Shown here piece by piece: positions 1-15,033 of a stretch of DNA of 64,000 nt (its first letter is position 1; each line of letters begins with the position of its first letter). A program made the position numbers and the translations under genes. Source of the DNA: Balanoglossus misakiensis (Eukaryota; Animalia; Hemichordata); NCBI GenBank assembly GCA_040954595.2, contig CM082597.2:9145778-9209777 (forward strand). Direction: 5' to 3'. A model generated the notes under the pieces. The model saw only the letters and a program-made list of their open reading frames with translations, was not told where the DNA came from and did not search any database.

Positions 1-965
1 TAATATGGTAGTAATTGTAAGTTTGTGTGCGGCATTTGTAAATTATTTACAATTTATAAATTATTTTGTAAGTTTCTTCATTCTCAAATTGCTTGCCTAA
101 CGTACTGCATTAACATTTAAATTTTGGTATGATTTTGAGTAGACTTTTTGTTTCAAAATTATTTTTGACACTTTTGGGTGATATGATTTTACATGGAAAA
201 TCTGATTTCCCTGTAATTCGGTTGACAGGATTTTCATCATATCTCTAAATCATGAAGTACATGTATCAGACTTGCATCAGGCCCCCAAAATTCTAGTCGC
301 CTTTGGCAAGTAATATTAGCCATTGATCTGGGAAAGTTACAAAAATGTGTTGTCCAAGGACGTTGAAGGTACATGTGGTTTTTACACTTGCTGCATGTTT
401 ATAATTTGCAATAGAAATAGACACTCAGTGCCAGCCCACTATCCCGTCTCCTTATTGCTGACTTGTATGTATGTACGTATGTACGCATTTTATCAGAATT
501 ATTAGGTCCCATTTGGTATATGTATTTATACCATGGTACCTTACGGGATCAGTTGCACCTGTATGTATGGATGTTTGTATGTCCATCAACATCAAACATT
601 TGGAAACTACTGGCATTTCACCTTGATATTTAATGTGCAGACAGGGCAGTAGATGGGAGTTTGTCTAAGTGAAGTTGTCATTGCCAAAATATGCAAATTA
701 GCTGGGAAAGTGTCAAATTCGTCAAAACTTGGGAACTCAACAACTACTGGGCAAATTGCTTTCAAAATTGATAATTGGTATGCATGTACCTTATGGTATC
801 CTCTCACAATTCTACATGTTGTGAGCTAATAATGTGAATTTTCTATTTTTAAGCATTTTTTTTGTCTCTTTCCACATTGTCGGTAAAAACCTACTTTTCT
901 GGAATTGATCAGCTGACTTGTTTGAAATTTATTATGAAGCTTCATAGGTGATCTGAGTTACCAAC
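1..965 (+). repeat. Direct segmental repeat, copy 1 (copy 2 at about 7291-8170)
   Basis: taatatggtagt(a/g)attgtaagtttgtgt... starts at 1 and at 7291. The two stay colinear, with indels, through ...gaagcttcataggtgatctgagtta. Confidence 0.9.
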
Positions 966-1845
966 CATAGTTTTGTTTAAATTGTTGCCAAAAATTGCGT
1001 ATTTATAATTTTGGAGCAATTTTTAGGTCCCATTTGGTTTATGTACATATATACGATTGGGACCTTATGGAATCAGTTGCATTTGTATGTATGAGTGAAT
1101 GGATGAAAACCGCTGGGCATATCACTTCCATATTTAGTGTGTAGATGCAGGCGGGGCTGTAGATGGGATTTTGTTCAAATGAAATTGTCATTGCCAAAAT
1201 ATTACCTGTGTAAATGTGAAATTGGTCAAAAGTCAGAAACTTGACAACCACTGGTCAGATTGGTATGTCAATGAACCCCATACAGTCCTGTATGTTGTGA
1301 GCTAATATTATGAATTTTCTAATGTTTATTAATTTTTTTTGTCTTTTTCCACATTATTGGTAAAAAAAAATCTTCACTTCTGAAAGCGATAGTCCGACTC
1401 CTTCGAAATTTAGTATGAAGCTTCCTATGGGTGGTCCGAGTTACCATATTTTTTGTTCAGATTGTTGTAAAATAGGCATATTTATAATTTTGAGCAATTT
1501 TGCCAATTATGGTCAGAATGCTTTGCAATTTGGTAGGCAGATTCCCAGGGGTAACCCAAGGAAGATGTCATAAAAATGGTTAAAACTGCGTGCTTGTGTT
1601 ATTGGGGATATTTTTTGCAATCTTTGTCAAAAACTGTTTTCTGTTAAACCGTTCAAACCCTTGTCAGATTGCTTTGAATTTTGGCAGGAATGTTCCTTGT
1701 AGTGATTGAAGTAAGATGGTGTACAATTATAGAGATGTTTGCATATTTGTGTTTTTGCCACTTTTGAACAAATGTGTTTTTCTTTGAAACTGCTTTTTTG
1801 ATGGCTTTGAAATATGGTAGGAATATTCCTAGGGGTAACCCAATT

Positions 1846-3020
1846 TTTAGCTCACCTGAAAATCACGTGAGCTTATAGTTTAGCGATGTCTGTGTATGTG
1901 TGTGTCTGTCTGTATACCCGATATCTCAAGAACCGCTGAACCGATTTCAACCAAATTTAGTACACAGGTTCAGATATCATATGCAAGAACTGAAAAGGTT
2001 TTGGTGGGTGTGGCTTTGATATTAATGAAGTTATTAAAGTTTTAATTTTTCTATTACATGGTTGTCTATGAGAGCTTTCGTTAATGCTGCATATATGACC
2101 AGTGGAAACGATAGTTTGAGGAGATCGATTGTTTGAGGGCGCTGTTAAATGAGACATTCCTGGCGATATTGCCGTGGTTCTGTCCATGCTCAGACGCTGT
2201 ACCCGTCGTTACGAATAACTTCCCTACGTGAATCCACAAGGAAGCTAACGTTGTTTAGTTGCTTCATAGAGCGTAAATTGTTAATCTACAGGACCGTCAG
2301 ACGAATACTCTTTTCAAATGAAGTTTGAAACTACTTACGAGTAAGTTAGTGGAGACAATATGGCGGATAGTTGGCGTGCAGCCGAATCCGCGTTATGACT
2401 ATGACGTGACCCATTCATCAAGACAAACCGTAAATGATTCACGCATATTGTGGTCCTCACGCAGTCAATCTCAAAATGTCACCAGGCTTTCTATTTGTCT
2501 ATTGTTCAGAGAAAAATAACATGGCGGTTGATCACACTCAACAGTAAAATCCGTTTTGTGTGTTTATAGACAGTCTGTTATCGCCAATACTATATAGCGA
2601 TTGCTAGATGGCCTACCCAATATGTGATCGAGCGAGAATGATAACATTGAATGTCTGTTCAGATCTCATTCCGTACGTCATACGTCAACATTTCGATTTC
2701 GATTTAATCCATTCATAAAGAATTTAGAGAAAGTCGTCTTGAATTGTGACCCCGACTATCAATTAGTTTACGATGATTTTTTGGCGACGGAATACACGAG
2801 ACGCCATTGCATAACTACGTCAGCTGGACTTCCAAGGTTACCATTTTGTGTGTATGGAATCTTATCACAGAGCCTACGTACTTTGACAATATGCCATGCT
2901 ATATCAATGACGCCCCAGAAAATTTGTCAAAAAATGAATTTGTCTTCTCATGGTGGTGCAATATATTTTAATGTCTATTTTGAGGTTGATTTTGGTTTTT
3001 GGCTAACATGTATATAAATG
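1846..3020 (+). mobile_element. HINE-like element (5' end clear, 3' limit approximate)
   Basis: tttttagctcacctgaaaatcacgtgagct hairpin followed by a (TG)/(TGTC) microsatellite. Confidence 0.5.
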
Positions 3021-6000
3021 TCAGCTTATAGCATAAGTTGGTGTCCGTCGGCTATGTATGTCTGTATGTGTGCCTCATACAGAATTATGTATTTTGTGAA
3101 TGGATCACTTTCGTCTTAATGTATTGATGTATGTATGTGTATGTCCATCAACATCAAAAACTTGAAACTACTGATATTTAGTGTGTACATAGAAATTGTT
3201 ATTGCGAAAAAATGCATACTGGTATTAACTGGAAAAATGTTCAAATAGTCAAAATTGAAAAACTTAATAACAGCGGATCAGATTAAGTTAAAAATTGGCG
3301 TGCATTGGTGTGCAAGTACTTTGGGAAGACCTCGTATGATTTTGTTCAGGTGGAGTCAGTATCTGGCGTTTCCTATTTTTTATGAATTTTTTGGGGAATT
3401 TTCTGCAGTTTTGTTAAAAAAAAATTTTCTCTGAAATTACATGTCCAATTGATTGGAAACTTGGTATGGAGGTTCATAGGGCTTACCTGAATCACATTTG
3501 TGCAAACGGTGGTGAAATTTGCAAAAATGCATTTTTGGGCAATATTTCCTGTTTTTGCCAAAAAATCCAATCCTGTGAAATGTAGGTGCAATTGTTTTGA
3601 TACTTTGTATTTGGGTTTCTAGGGGTGATCTCAGTCAGATATGATCAAATTGTAATGAAATTTGCATAATTGTATTTTTGGGGAATTTCTGCAGGGTTTG
3701 GCCAAATAGTCTTCGGTAATACCACAAGTCCAATTGGTTGGAAACTTTGAATGGGAATTCATATATGTGATATCAGTCAGATTTGTCTGAATTTCCTGTT
3801 GTTTGCCAAAATGTCTTCCTTATTGAAACTTGTTAAAGAGGTTCTTAGGCATGAACAGAAATCAGATTTGTTGAAATCTGGTGAAATATTCATACTTTTT
3901 GGTATATTTCTTGCCATTTTTGATCAAAGAGTTTTAGAATTCCATAGACTTATTATTTTTATGCAGTTCAGGATGGGGTACATGACTCATAACCCCTTAC
4001 AAAAATTGACAAGGCAACAATTCCACAAACATGTTTACATTTCACAATGGTGCAACACACAACCCTTACACCATATACACTATAAACCAAAATGGTTTAA
4101 AACTGGTTTTTCTAATCTTGTTATTCTGTCAACCAATCACAGTACTGCACGTGAGCATATTCAGTTAATATCTGGTTCCTGATTGCTTTGGAAGTTAGTT
4201 AACAATTTCATAACACATGTACATGTATGTGCAACTTTGATTAAATTCTGGTTGTCAATATTTAGGTAGTTTGTTGTAAATTTCTTTGTTTTTGGATAGC
4301 AAATCTTTTTAACCAATTGCTCAGTTTCTTTGAAAGTTACTGTTAACAAGGAGAGTTAGTACACCCAACTTAGACTTTTACACCCAACTTAGAGCTACTA
4401 TGACTGGTTACTAACTTCTATATCTATTTGATTCACAGATGCTGCCTGAAATTGTCTGCATTTCAACTCGGGATTCTCTTCCTCGTCTGGGGCGAGTTTA
4501 AGACCGCTCAATGGTAAGCATGACTTGCTGTATATTTGCTTTTATCGGGCGTGGCACAACCGAAACAATAGGAAACAATGTATGTCTACGAACTAATTTA
4601 CACCTTCCAGTTATCAATACTTTTTTCCTTCGAATTCTAGCCTCGATTGCCTGTGATATGATCGTGATGACATGAATTAAATGGTCAAGTTCAAATCTTC
4701 ATGTGAAGCATAAATTAAATTTGGATGCATTTCCTTAACCATATAGCTAGAAATTACTCCCATACCAATACACGGGGAGATACCGTAATTTTGGCTGAAA
4801 GTGTGCTAGTCCAACACTATGCTTCATCAAACTGGCTAAGAGATCTATTATTATATATAGACACATGAAGGAAAGTAATGTTGTTTATAGTGAAATAAAA
4901 CAATACCTTAGGCCACAAAGAAAAATATAGATCACGACACAAACAGGCTGGAGTTTTTTTCAAAAATGTGTGCATAAGATCATATTGGCCCATGGTAATC
5001 AAAGCCAAAGCAGCCCAGTTCCAAATTCGAAACTCAGCTCAGTACCAGAAACTTGCTCAAAGCTACCAAATGCACAGAAAGTTTTGAGAATCTAGATGAA
5101 AAATCACCAAGCGACTAGTGCGCTTGTCTATGTTCAATGTGTCTTCCCTGGTAACAACATGTACTTCTGCCACCATGCCATGAGATATACTGACAGCCAC
5201 GTTTGAAACATTTTAGTATACTGATATTCAAAGTTTAAATGTAAAGGCTTACTTTTCTATAGTAAAATAAATGTTTTATAATTGCCAACAATTTACATTC
5301 TTGCGCTAATCAGTTGTATGAAAAGTGAGGTGGATCAAATGTAAGTTTCATTTTCACAACAAACATTAAGAAATCATTGTACAGTGTTACGTAGATGTCA
5401 AAGTGTGTGTACACCTGTCGTTTACAGATATGATGTCAGTTTCACTTGTCACCTAACTGCCATGTTTGTGGTATACCCATGTGGACCACTTTACTGCAGT
5501 ACTGATGTAAATGGAGTTTCAAGATCGCTGTTACAGATTTCTCTGATTCGTATTCCACGTACATTATCGCAGCACAGTCTGACCCTATATTATACCATGT
5601 TTTGCATATTTTCACTAATTAGTATGGCCCAAATAATTCTAAAGCAAGGTTGATTGGTTACTAATTGATAAGCATATATTTGATTCACAGTCTTAAACAC
5701 AGCATTTCAACGTATGCCGGAGGAGGAAGAGAATACCTAGGCCTGATCCAAGACCGCTTTCCGGTAAGCACAACTTGCTGTATACATGCTCCATAGCTTG
5801 TTTGTAAAGGCTACCTTTTCCCATCAAATAGTGAAGTCGCCCTTTCAAAATTATGGTGGTGGTAAGCCACAACTGGTTATCATGGAGAGCCCCATATAAA
5901 CTTACCAGCCCACGCTAGCCATGACTTTACAAATGTTTCCGTCATACTATGCAGAAAATTCTGGCTGCCTTAAATAGGTTTTCACTTTGCGCTAGGGGGT

Positions 6001-6194
6001 CAAATCACATTGCATTCTGGGCGAAAAGTCTACAACCCACTGTAGTAAGAGGTGGAAGAAATGATACATTTTGTGTATTTCATGCTTTGGTCAAACATGT
6101 CTGTCTCCGTAGTTAGCATATTAAACTCATTAAATGTTTTTCACATTTTGTTATTTTGTCTGTTATGACCCATTATCACTTTAGCTTTAGCTTA

Positions 6195-6990
6195 GGCTCC
6201 ATTCACAAACACCTCTGGATGGGGGGGGAGAATTCAATTTTTTTACTGCTAATTTTCACATGCCCCCCCCCCCTGTACACAACCCGAAATATTTTCAAAT
6301 CCCCCACCCCCTTCTGAACTGCCAAAATTTTAAAATCCCCCCCCCCCATTTTCTTTCACAGAGCAAAACACATCACTTATCTATCTTGTAAAAAAGAAAA
6401 ACAGCGCTCCCATGAAAAGACTTTGAAACTGATGTTTCCCCTCATCAGTGGGTATTAAAACTGAACATGGTTTTTATTTTTTAAGTATTTGTATTCTGCG
6501 TTTGGAGACATTGTAAACCGGGAATTGAAGGGGGTGGGTGTGGGAAGGGGTGTCCCCCTCCCACGTAAGAAAATTTTATAAAATACAGAGCTCAAAGCTG
6601 CATTTTTATGAACCCGGCAAAAGCAAATTAACTCAACTACCAGTATGTTGGGGAGGATAAATTTAACCGTCGCCGCTCAAAGTTATCATGGGGTGGGGGC
6701 AAGTCCCCTGACATGGGACACTAGATAAACCAGTTAATGATTGAAAGGTGTTGATGAATGGAGGGGGGTGGGTGTGGGAGGGGGTGTAAAATAAAGGGCG
6801 CGAAACTGCATTTTTGTGGACTCAAAATAAATATTTAGTCGTCAAAATTTTCAAGTCCCCCCTTTCAGTCCCTAAATTATTTCAAATCCCCCCTTACATA
6901 CCTTCAATTTTTTCAAATCCCCCCCCCCCCGCTCAATTCTCCTGCCCCCCCCCCCCCCCCCCCTCTCCAGAGGTGTTTGTGAATGCAGCC
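6195..6990. mobile_element. PIF/Harbinger-type MITE
   Basis: TIRs GGCTCCATTCACAAACACCTCTGGA / TCCAGAGGTGTTTGTGAATGCAGCC; TTA on both flanks (6192-6194, 6991-6993). Confidence 0.85.
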
Positions 6991-7290
6991 TTATGAACTC
7001 CCATTTCTTTAACATGGCAAAAATCGGCCATCAATTGTCGACCATATGAGATTTTCATCACTCACTTAGGGTAGCTTAAGGGAGAATTGTATAGGCATGA
7101 CTTGGGCTGTAAATTTGATGAAATAGCTACATGCCTATTGTTAACAAGCAGCTGACTGTACTGAAAGAATGGAAGTGTTGTGTACCTATTTTACATATTC
7201 AATATTTGTAATTAGACCATGTCATGTATATCTTGGGGATTGCTCGATCGCAATGTCTCTGCTGGTACAATGTCCTTTTAACTTGTACAG

Positions 7291-8170
7291 TAATATGGTA
7301 GTGATTGTAAGTTTGTGTACGGCATTTGTAAGTTATTTTCAATTTATAATTTTTTTGTAAGTTTCTTCATTCTCAAATTGCTTGCCTAACGTACTGCTTT
7401 AAAATTTAAATTTTGGTATGATTTTGAGTAGACTTTTTGTTTCAAAATTATTTTCGACACTTGACATTTTTGGGTGATATGATTTTACATGGAAAATCTG
7501 ATTTCCCTGTAATTCGGTTGACAGGATTTTCACAATATCTCTAAATCATGAAGTACATGTATCAGAATTGCATCAGGCCCCCAAAATTCTAGTCGCCCTT
7601 GGCAAGTAATATTAGCCATTGTTGTCCAAGGACGTTGAAGGTACAATTGGTTTTTAAACTTACTATGTAGGCATTTTATCAGAATTATTAGGTCCCATTT
7701 GGTGCAGGTATATGTATTTATACCATGGGACCTTATGGGATCAGTTGCACCTGTATATATGGATGTCTGTATGGATGTTTGTCTGTATGTCTATCAATAT
7801 CAAACACTTGGAAACCACTGGCATGTGACCTTGATATTTAGTGTGGAGATGCAGGCAGGGCATTAAGTGGGAGTTGTCAAAATGAAGTTGTCATTGCCAA
7901 AATATGCAAATTAGCTGGGAAAGTGTCAAATTCGTCCAAACTCGGGAACTCGACAACTACTGAGCAAATTGCTTTCAAAATTGAAAATTGGTATTCCTGT
8001 AAGTTATGTTAACCTCACACAGTTCTATATGTTGTGAGCTAATGTGAATTTTCGATTTTTTATGTATTTTTTGTCTCTTTCCACATTATCGGTAGAAAAT
8101 CTGCTTTTCTGGAATTGATCAGCTGACTTATTTGAAATTTAGTATGAAGCTTCATAGGTGATCTGAGTTA
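7291..8170 (+). repeat. Direct segmental repeat, copy 2 of 1-965
   Basis: Colinear near-identity with 1-965. Confidence 0.9.
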
Positions 8171-10278
8171 TCATAGTTTTGTAAGGTCCCATTTGCTTTA
8201 CCATGGGACCTTATGATATCGGTGGATGTATGTATGTATGTCTGTATGTCCGTCCACATCACAAACTTGAAAACCGCTGGGCATATGACCTCGATATTTG
8301 GTGTGTAGATGCAGGCCAGGCTGAAGATTGGAGTTTGTTCAAATGAAGCTGTCATTGCCAAAAATATGCAAATTAGCTAGGAAAATGTGAAATTGGTCAA
8401 AACTCAAACTCAACAACCACTGGTCACATTCATTTGAAAATCAGTATGCATGTACCTTATGTCTACCTCAAACAGTCCTGTATGTTTTGAGCTAATATTA
8501 TCGATTTTTAATTTTTTATGCCAAAAATCTTTTATGCATTTTTTGTATTATTCCACATTATTGGTAAAGAAATCATCATTTCTTAAAGTTATAGGCCTCA
8601 TTCTTTGAATTTTAGTATGAAGCTTCTAATGGTTGTCTGAGTAACCAAAGTTTTGTTCAAATTGTTGAAAAATTTGCATATTTTAATTTTGAGCAATTTT
8701 TGCCACTTTTGGTCATTTTTTTTTCTTTAAAACTGCATGCCAGATTGATTTGGTAGGCATATTCCTAAGGGTAAACTGAGTAAGATGTTGTAAAAATGTT
8801 TTAGTATATATTGTGTTATTGGGGAAGGGGGGGGGGGGGGGTTACTCAAACATTTATAACACCCAGCAACTTTTGGTACTGGCAGGGTTTGTCCTCCAAT
8901 GATTTCAACATCCTGCTAGGAATACAACCTCTCCTCAACTTTATAAATATAGGGCATGACATTGCAGGTTTTTTGAGAACACTGTTTAAAATAACCCTCA
9001 TCAAGCCTGTTAACTTATTTAGACAGACTATTATCCAGAATGAAACGAAACATGGATGCAATAAAAAGATCTTGTGCAATAAAAACCAAGTTGATCATAA
9101 CAATTATTTGCTAAGTACAACATGTACATCACTAATAGAAGTTATGGCTATAAGCATAAACCTGTTTGTTTTGCTATCTTCACTATTCATATTTTCTGAC
9201 TATATTAATACATTTGCAAGCATACTGTTTCAGACATAGCGAATTTGATAAACATCTACAAATATATTTTTACCTGTTGAAGTTATCAAAATCCAGACAC
9301 TTGACAAAAGGACATTGTTCATCCCCTCTATAGATTGATAGTCTAACATAGCAGGCAATCTGTTTTTAACAACTGCAGAAGCCTTCATAAAAAGTTGTTG
9401 GCCAGAATGAAAGCTTAGGGGGACGTAGGATTTCCTACTTTTTAGGTTATTTTTTCTATGGCCCCAAAAAGCTATGACAAAAAATTGATGACCCCCTTGG
9501 AATTTATAATTCCCCCCCCCCCTATCATACCCTGTCCATATTCTTATAAATGTCAATAAATGCCATACAGTCCTGTATGTTTTGTTTTGAGCTAATATTA
9601 TGAATTTTCTATTTTTATTGTTTTGTCTTTTACTGCATTATTGGTAAAGAAAAATCTTCCTTTCTGAAAGCCATAGTTTTTGTTCAAATTGCAAATTGTT
9701 GTGAAATTGGTATATTTATAATTTTGAGCAATTTTGTAATTTTTGCTCAGAATGCAGATTCCTAGGGGGGTAACCCAAGTAAGGTGTTGTAAAAGAATTG
9801 TTTAAAAAATAAAAATATATTTGTAGATGGTTATCAAATTCGCTGTGTCTGAAAGCGCTTGTCAGATTGCTTTGAACTTTGACAGGAATGTTCCTTGTAG
9901 TGATTTAAGTAAGATGGTGTACAATTATAGTGATTTTTGCATATTTGTGTTTTTGCCACTTTTGAACAAATGTAGTTTTGTTTAACCCCCATCTTACCCT
10001 ATCCATATTCAAATAAATATGAAAAGAAATTTCTCACAGATATTATTTACTTTGATAATACTATCATTTGTGCAACAACTAATCAATCAAACAGTCAATA
10101 ATCATAAATTGGGAGTTCAAAAATATCTATAAGGGAGATTTAAAACCCCGTTAGCAACAACTGTTTGCCATGTTTTCAGTATTAATGTTTTGTGTAGCTT
10201 CTGCAGTTTTTAGGTCCCATATGGTATGTACCATGGGCCTTATGGAATCAGTTGCGTCTGTATTTATGTATGGATGTA

Positions 10279-10476
10279 CTGTATTTTCGCGAGTTAAATT
10301 TTTCGCGATATCGAGAGAGGCCACTGTTTCGCGAGTATTAATTTTCGCGTTCTCTTATTTCATTCACTGCATCGTTATCTTCAAAAACAATTTACGCGAC
10401 TTTTTATTTTCACGTTATTTTGGCTCTCGCGTATTTGGCGAAAATTAATTGCTCGCGAAAATAAAGTGTTTAACAG
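10279..10476. mobile_element. TA-flanked MITE (Tc1/mariner-pogo type), family A
   Basis: TA|CTGT...ACAG|TA with repeated TTTTCGCG motifs; inserted in the microsatellite of a HINE-like copy; close inverted copy at 31504-31710. Confidence 0.85.
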
Positions 10477-12173
10477 TATGTCTGTCTGTTTGTATGGATG
10501 TATGTCTGTATGTCCGTCCACATCTAAAACTTGAAAACCGTTGTGCATATCACCTCGATATTTGGTGTGCAGATGCAGGCTGGGCTGTAGATTGGAGTTT
10601 GTTAACATGAAAATGTCATTACCAAATATATGCAAATTAGCTGGAAAATGTGAAATTGGTCAAAACTCGCAAAATTCAACAACTGCTGGTCAGATTGATT
10701 TGGAAATTGGTATGCAAGTACCTTATGCCTACCTCATACAGTCCTGTATGTTTTGAGCTAATTTTGATTTTCTATTTTTGATGCATTTGTTTGTATTTTT
10801 CAACATTATTGGTAAAAAATCTTCATATGAATCTAAAATTACCGTCGAATCATCCAGTGTGAGTTAGCACTGTAATTAGCAAAAGTTATAAATCCACAGT
10901 TACCCAGCAAATTTGATATAATGCTTCACATATGTATTGGTTTTGAACATCCTTCAGAAAGGGTATGAATATTTTAAAATTTTTACTGTTGCAACCCAGA
11001 CTAGTTTATTTCTGAATAAACAGAGAAATGACAACCGGATAGATTATTCTTCTGTACTAAAGACATATGCAGACACAAGAAATAGTCTGAACATTTTCAG
11101 TACATTACTAAAACAGTGTAGGTACATTGTACTATAAACTGAGGAAGATTAGTGACTATTGTTTGCCAAAAATGGTCCCAAGTCATTTCTCAAGCATAGC
11201 AGAATAGTAGCTTTGAGTAGCAAAGTGTGATGATTTAAAATGTAAAAAGACAACACCAATCTCTAGCTCTGCTCTCAGCACTGCAAAAGTTATCTGACAG
11301 GTAGATAGATGTTCAGTCATCCTATGTCTGTCAACATTTTTCTTTTCTGAAATCACTGGCGCAAGTGCTTTTAAAATTGGTGTGCAGGTTTCTTGGGGTG
11401 GCGAAGTAATGTGTGTTCAAATTGTGTTGAATTCTGCATATTTGTAGTTTGGAACAAGTTTTTTGCTGTTTTTGGAAGAAAAAAGCTAAGCTCGTAGATT
11501 ACTTTGACTATGCAGGTTTCTAGGTATGACACAAGTTGTTTCTTCAAAATATGGTGAAATTTGCATATTTGGGGGGAAATTTTCTCTGAAATTTAGTATT
11601 GATCTCCCTGAGGTATATGACATAATCTGTAATTTTGTATTTTGGAGACAGTTGCCTTTTTGTACAAACAAAAAATCTTGTCAGAATATGCATGTCTGAT
11701 TGCCATGTCCACAGGGGTGATCTACTTTTATTTACATTATAACCGAATCTGTAAAGTTTTCATAATGATCTTTAAAATAGGTACGTCTAATTGTTTTGAT
11801 CTTTGGTATGAATTGTCCCTTGGTGATCTTAGTCAATGCTTTTGAAATTCCGCTGAATATTGCATTATTATTTTGTCTGAGTCTGAAGAGTAGTCATCAT
11901 CTCTGAAACCCCTTGACCTAAGTCAGGTGTCAAATAGTACAATTTGCAGATTTGTTGCATTGGAGATATTGTTGCAGTTTTTGAAATTCAAGATGGCTGC
12001 CAATGTCTGTGTTAACTCTATGGAAAAACATTTATGTAAATACTTTTCTGAAAACAAGGCGGTGAACATCACATTTTTGTTTACAAACAGTAATAGAAAT
12101 AGCTATCATTGTTTCTGAAAATCCTAACTTGTAGGATTCTTTTTCAATCTCTGGCATCAGCAGAGACAATTAA

Positions 12174-12906
12174 GGTGGCATTGCATGAAAAGTTGTGATT
12201 TTTGCCAAATTTTACTTTTTTACATAAATCGGTAGGCCTAATACTCACCCACATCCTGACTAATACGTCTTGGCGGAAATGGTGCACAATCACCCCCAAA
12301 TAGCACTTTTCTGAATGAGTTCACAGCTTAACAAATAGGTGTCAACAATGCAAATGGCCGTTTTTCTCGGTTTGCATTTTCGCTGCTTTTGACAACTTCG
12401 GACTAAAATAGCTTCGCCCTGCATTGGCCGAATTTGCTCAAATTTTGACAGGGAATTGTGTATGACCCATCCAACAAAACGCTAGTTTTGTATGTCGATA
12501 AAGTGTCCCTGGCGGGAATAAACTCTGATTCAATACAACTCACCGTGAATTTGATCAAATTTTCAGAAAATCTAACTTTCAAACGCTGTTACTCCTCAAT
12601 GGAAGCAGATAACGCAAAACAAAATTAGCGTTTTTTTGCACGTGTACTTTAGTTTCGAATGACATATTAAGATGCATGATGCATGGTCAACTTTTTTACC
12701 TATTTTAAATTTCATGACATAATATCAAAAAATGGGTTTTTTCGCCCAAAATCGCCACCATTTCCGGGGATCAATAATATTTGCAACTCAAACAAAAGTT
12801 CAAAATCTCAGCTTCCAGAATATATATGGTTTATGGGGGTTTAAACTTTGTCTTTGATGAGAAATAGGCCTCTGAAAAAGTCTCGACGGTTTCATGCAGT
12901 GCCACC
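12174..12906. mobile_element. TTAA-flanked MITE (Kolobok-like)
   Basis: TTAA|GGTGGCATTGCATGAAA ... TTTCATGCAGTGCCACC|TTAA; RR start plus TTAA duplication. Confidence 0.85.
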
Positions 12907-14737
12907 TTAAACAACTCTATAAAAAGTCTTATTGCTTAGTACTGGCACGAGGTGGTAAAAAGATGTGCAGCTTTTGACTTATTACAGGCTTACACTTTGT
13001 TAGTAATATGAGTCCCTATTGGTATTGTGCTGGGTTTTTAGGAGCTTGGGCCCCATTCCCTGGATATTTTTTACACCTTGCTCTGAAAACCTGCCACACC
13101 TATGCTTCTTGAATTTGTCACAGTTGTCCTTGCCAATGAGTGTGCACCTTGAAATTCAAATCAGTCATTTGACCTGGCAGCCATATTCAGTTGAAATTGT
13201 TAAATAAATGCAAATTAGCTGGGAAAATTTGAAATTGGTCAAAACCACTGGTCAGATTGATTTGACAATTGGTATGCAAGTACCTTATGTCAACCACATA
13301 CAGTCCTGTATTTTGAATAGTTTGAATGTTCTATTTTTATGCATTTTTTGCCTTTTTCCTCATTTTTGGTAAAACATCTACTTTTCTAAAATTGATGAGA
13401 CGACTTCTTTGAAATTTAGTATGAAGCTTCATATAGGTGATATGAGTTAGCATACTTTGTTAAAATGTTGCAAAATTTGCATATTCATAATTTTGGAGCA
13501 ATTTCGGCCGTTTTTGAATTTTTTTTTTAAACCGGTTGTTACATTGCTTTGAAATTTGTTAGTCATATTAGGGGTAGCCCAAGTAAGATTTGCATGTATG
13601 TTTTTCAAATCAACTTGATGAATTGAATAGTATATTTTTGGGATGATTTTTGCCATTTTTGGTCAAAACTCTTCTCAGAACCCCCCACAGTACGTGAAAT
13701 ATCCCATGAATCACTCTGGTTTGTACAACCAGAGATTACTCGGTCAAACCAGGCAAAGTTCACATGTGTAGAGAAAATTGTAGACCACTAATACAAATTT
13801 TGAGAGCATGCTTTAAAGGCGAATCTTATTGTCAATTACCATTTCAAATGATAAACAAAATCATGCATTATTGAAAGAGGAGATACAAATTTTATAAAAT
13901 AAGCAATTGCATAGCCAGCCGATACAAAAAAGTTTGAAGTAAAACAGGGACACTTGAAACACTTGTTTAATCAAACAAAACGATATTGATTTTTTTCTAT
14001 AGACAGAACAATGGAAATTTACATGTTAACTTTCAACAGAGACTGGCCACCTCAGTTAGTCATTGCTTCTTTCCTCCTAAGTGTGACATTTGACGTACAT
14101 GAATGAATACTTTGATTTCTATGGCTTTTAAATCTTGATTTTGAAATTTTCACTCTAATTCCTCAACATACTTTTTCTAGATAAATCTTAATACAGTTAT
14201 ATGTACTTCATATCATTGTTAGTATCTAAAACAGAAAGTAATTAAATGGACAATCTCGATGATACAAATCATGGAGAGTTGTGGGTAAAATATCGTACTG
14301 TGCCCCCTTTACCCCCACTGCTTTGAAATTTGATTTGAAGGTTTCAGGGTTTGTTCTCATGATAATTTACAGATTGATTTGACAATTGGTATGCAAGTAC
14401 CTTATGTCAACCACATACAATCCTGTATTTTTTTAACTAATAGTTTGAATGTTCTATTTTATGCATTTTTTGCCTTTTTCCTCATTTGTGGTAAAAAATT
14501 TTAGTATGAAGCTTCATGTAGGTGATATGAGTTACAATACTTTTGTTGAAATGTTGCAAAATTTGCATATTGATAATTTTGGAGCAATTTCAGCCTTGTT
14601 TAATTAATTTTTTTTCTCTAAAACCGCTTGTTCCATTGCTTTAAAATTTGTTAGTCATGTTAGGGGTAGCTCAAGTAAGATTTGCATGTATGTTTTTCAA
14701 ATCAACTTGATGAATTGAATAGTATATTTTTGGGGGA

Positions 14738-15033
14738 TCAAATCAAATCAAATCAAAACAAACATTTATAAAGCGCCAGAATCAATAACAATGTTATTTT
14801 CAAAGGCGCTGAAAGTATAACATCAGTGTTCGTAGGCTTTGACAAATAGAAATGTCTTGAGTTTTTGTTTGAAAATGTTGAGACTAGAAGCCTGTTGAAT
14901 GTCAGATGGCAGAGAATTCCAAAGTTGTGGCGCGACAAGGGAAAAGGCACATCCACCATATGTTTTGAGTCTGTACTTTGGTACACACAACTGGTTCCTT
15001 GAGCTGGAGCGCAGAGCCCGACTAGGCTTATAT
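14738..15033 (-). mobile_element. 3' fragment of an L2/CR1-group LINE
   Basis: Translates YKPSRALRSS...AFSLVAPQLWNSLPSDI...FKQKLKTFLF, a typical ORF2 C-terminus, followed by GGCGCTTTATAAAT and a (TTTGA)n tail. Confidence 0.85.
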
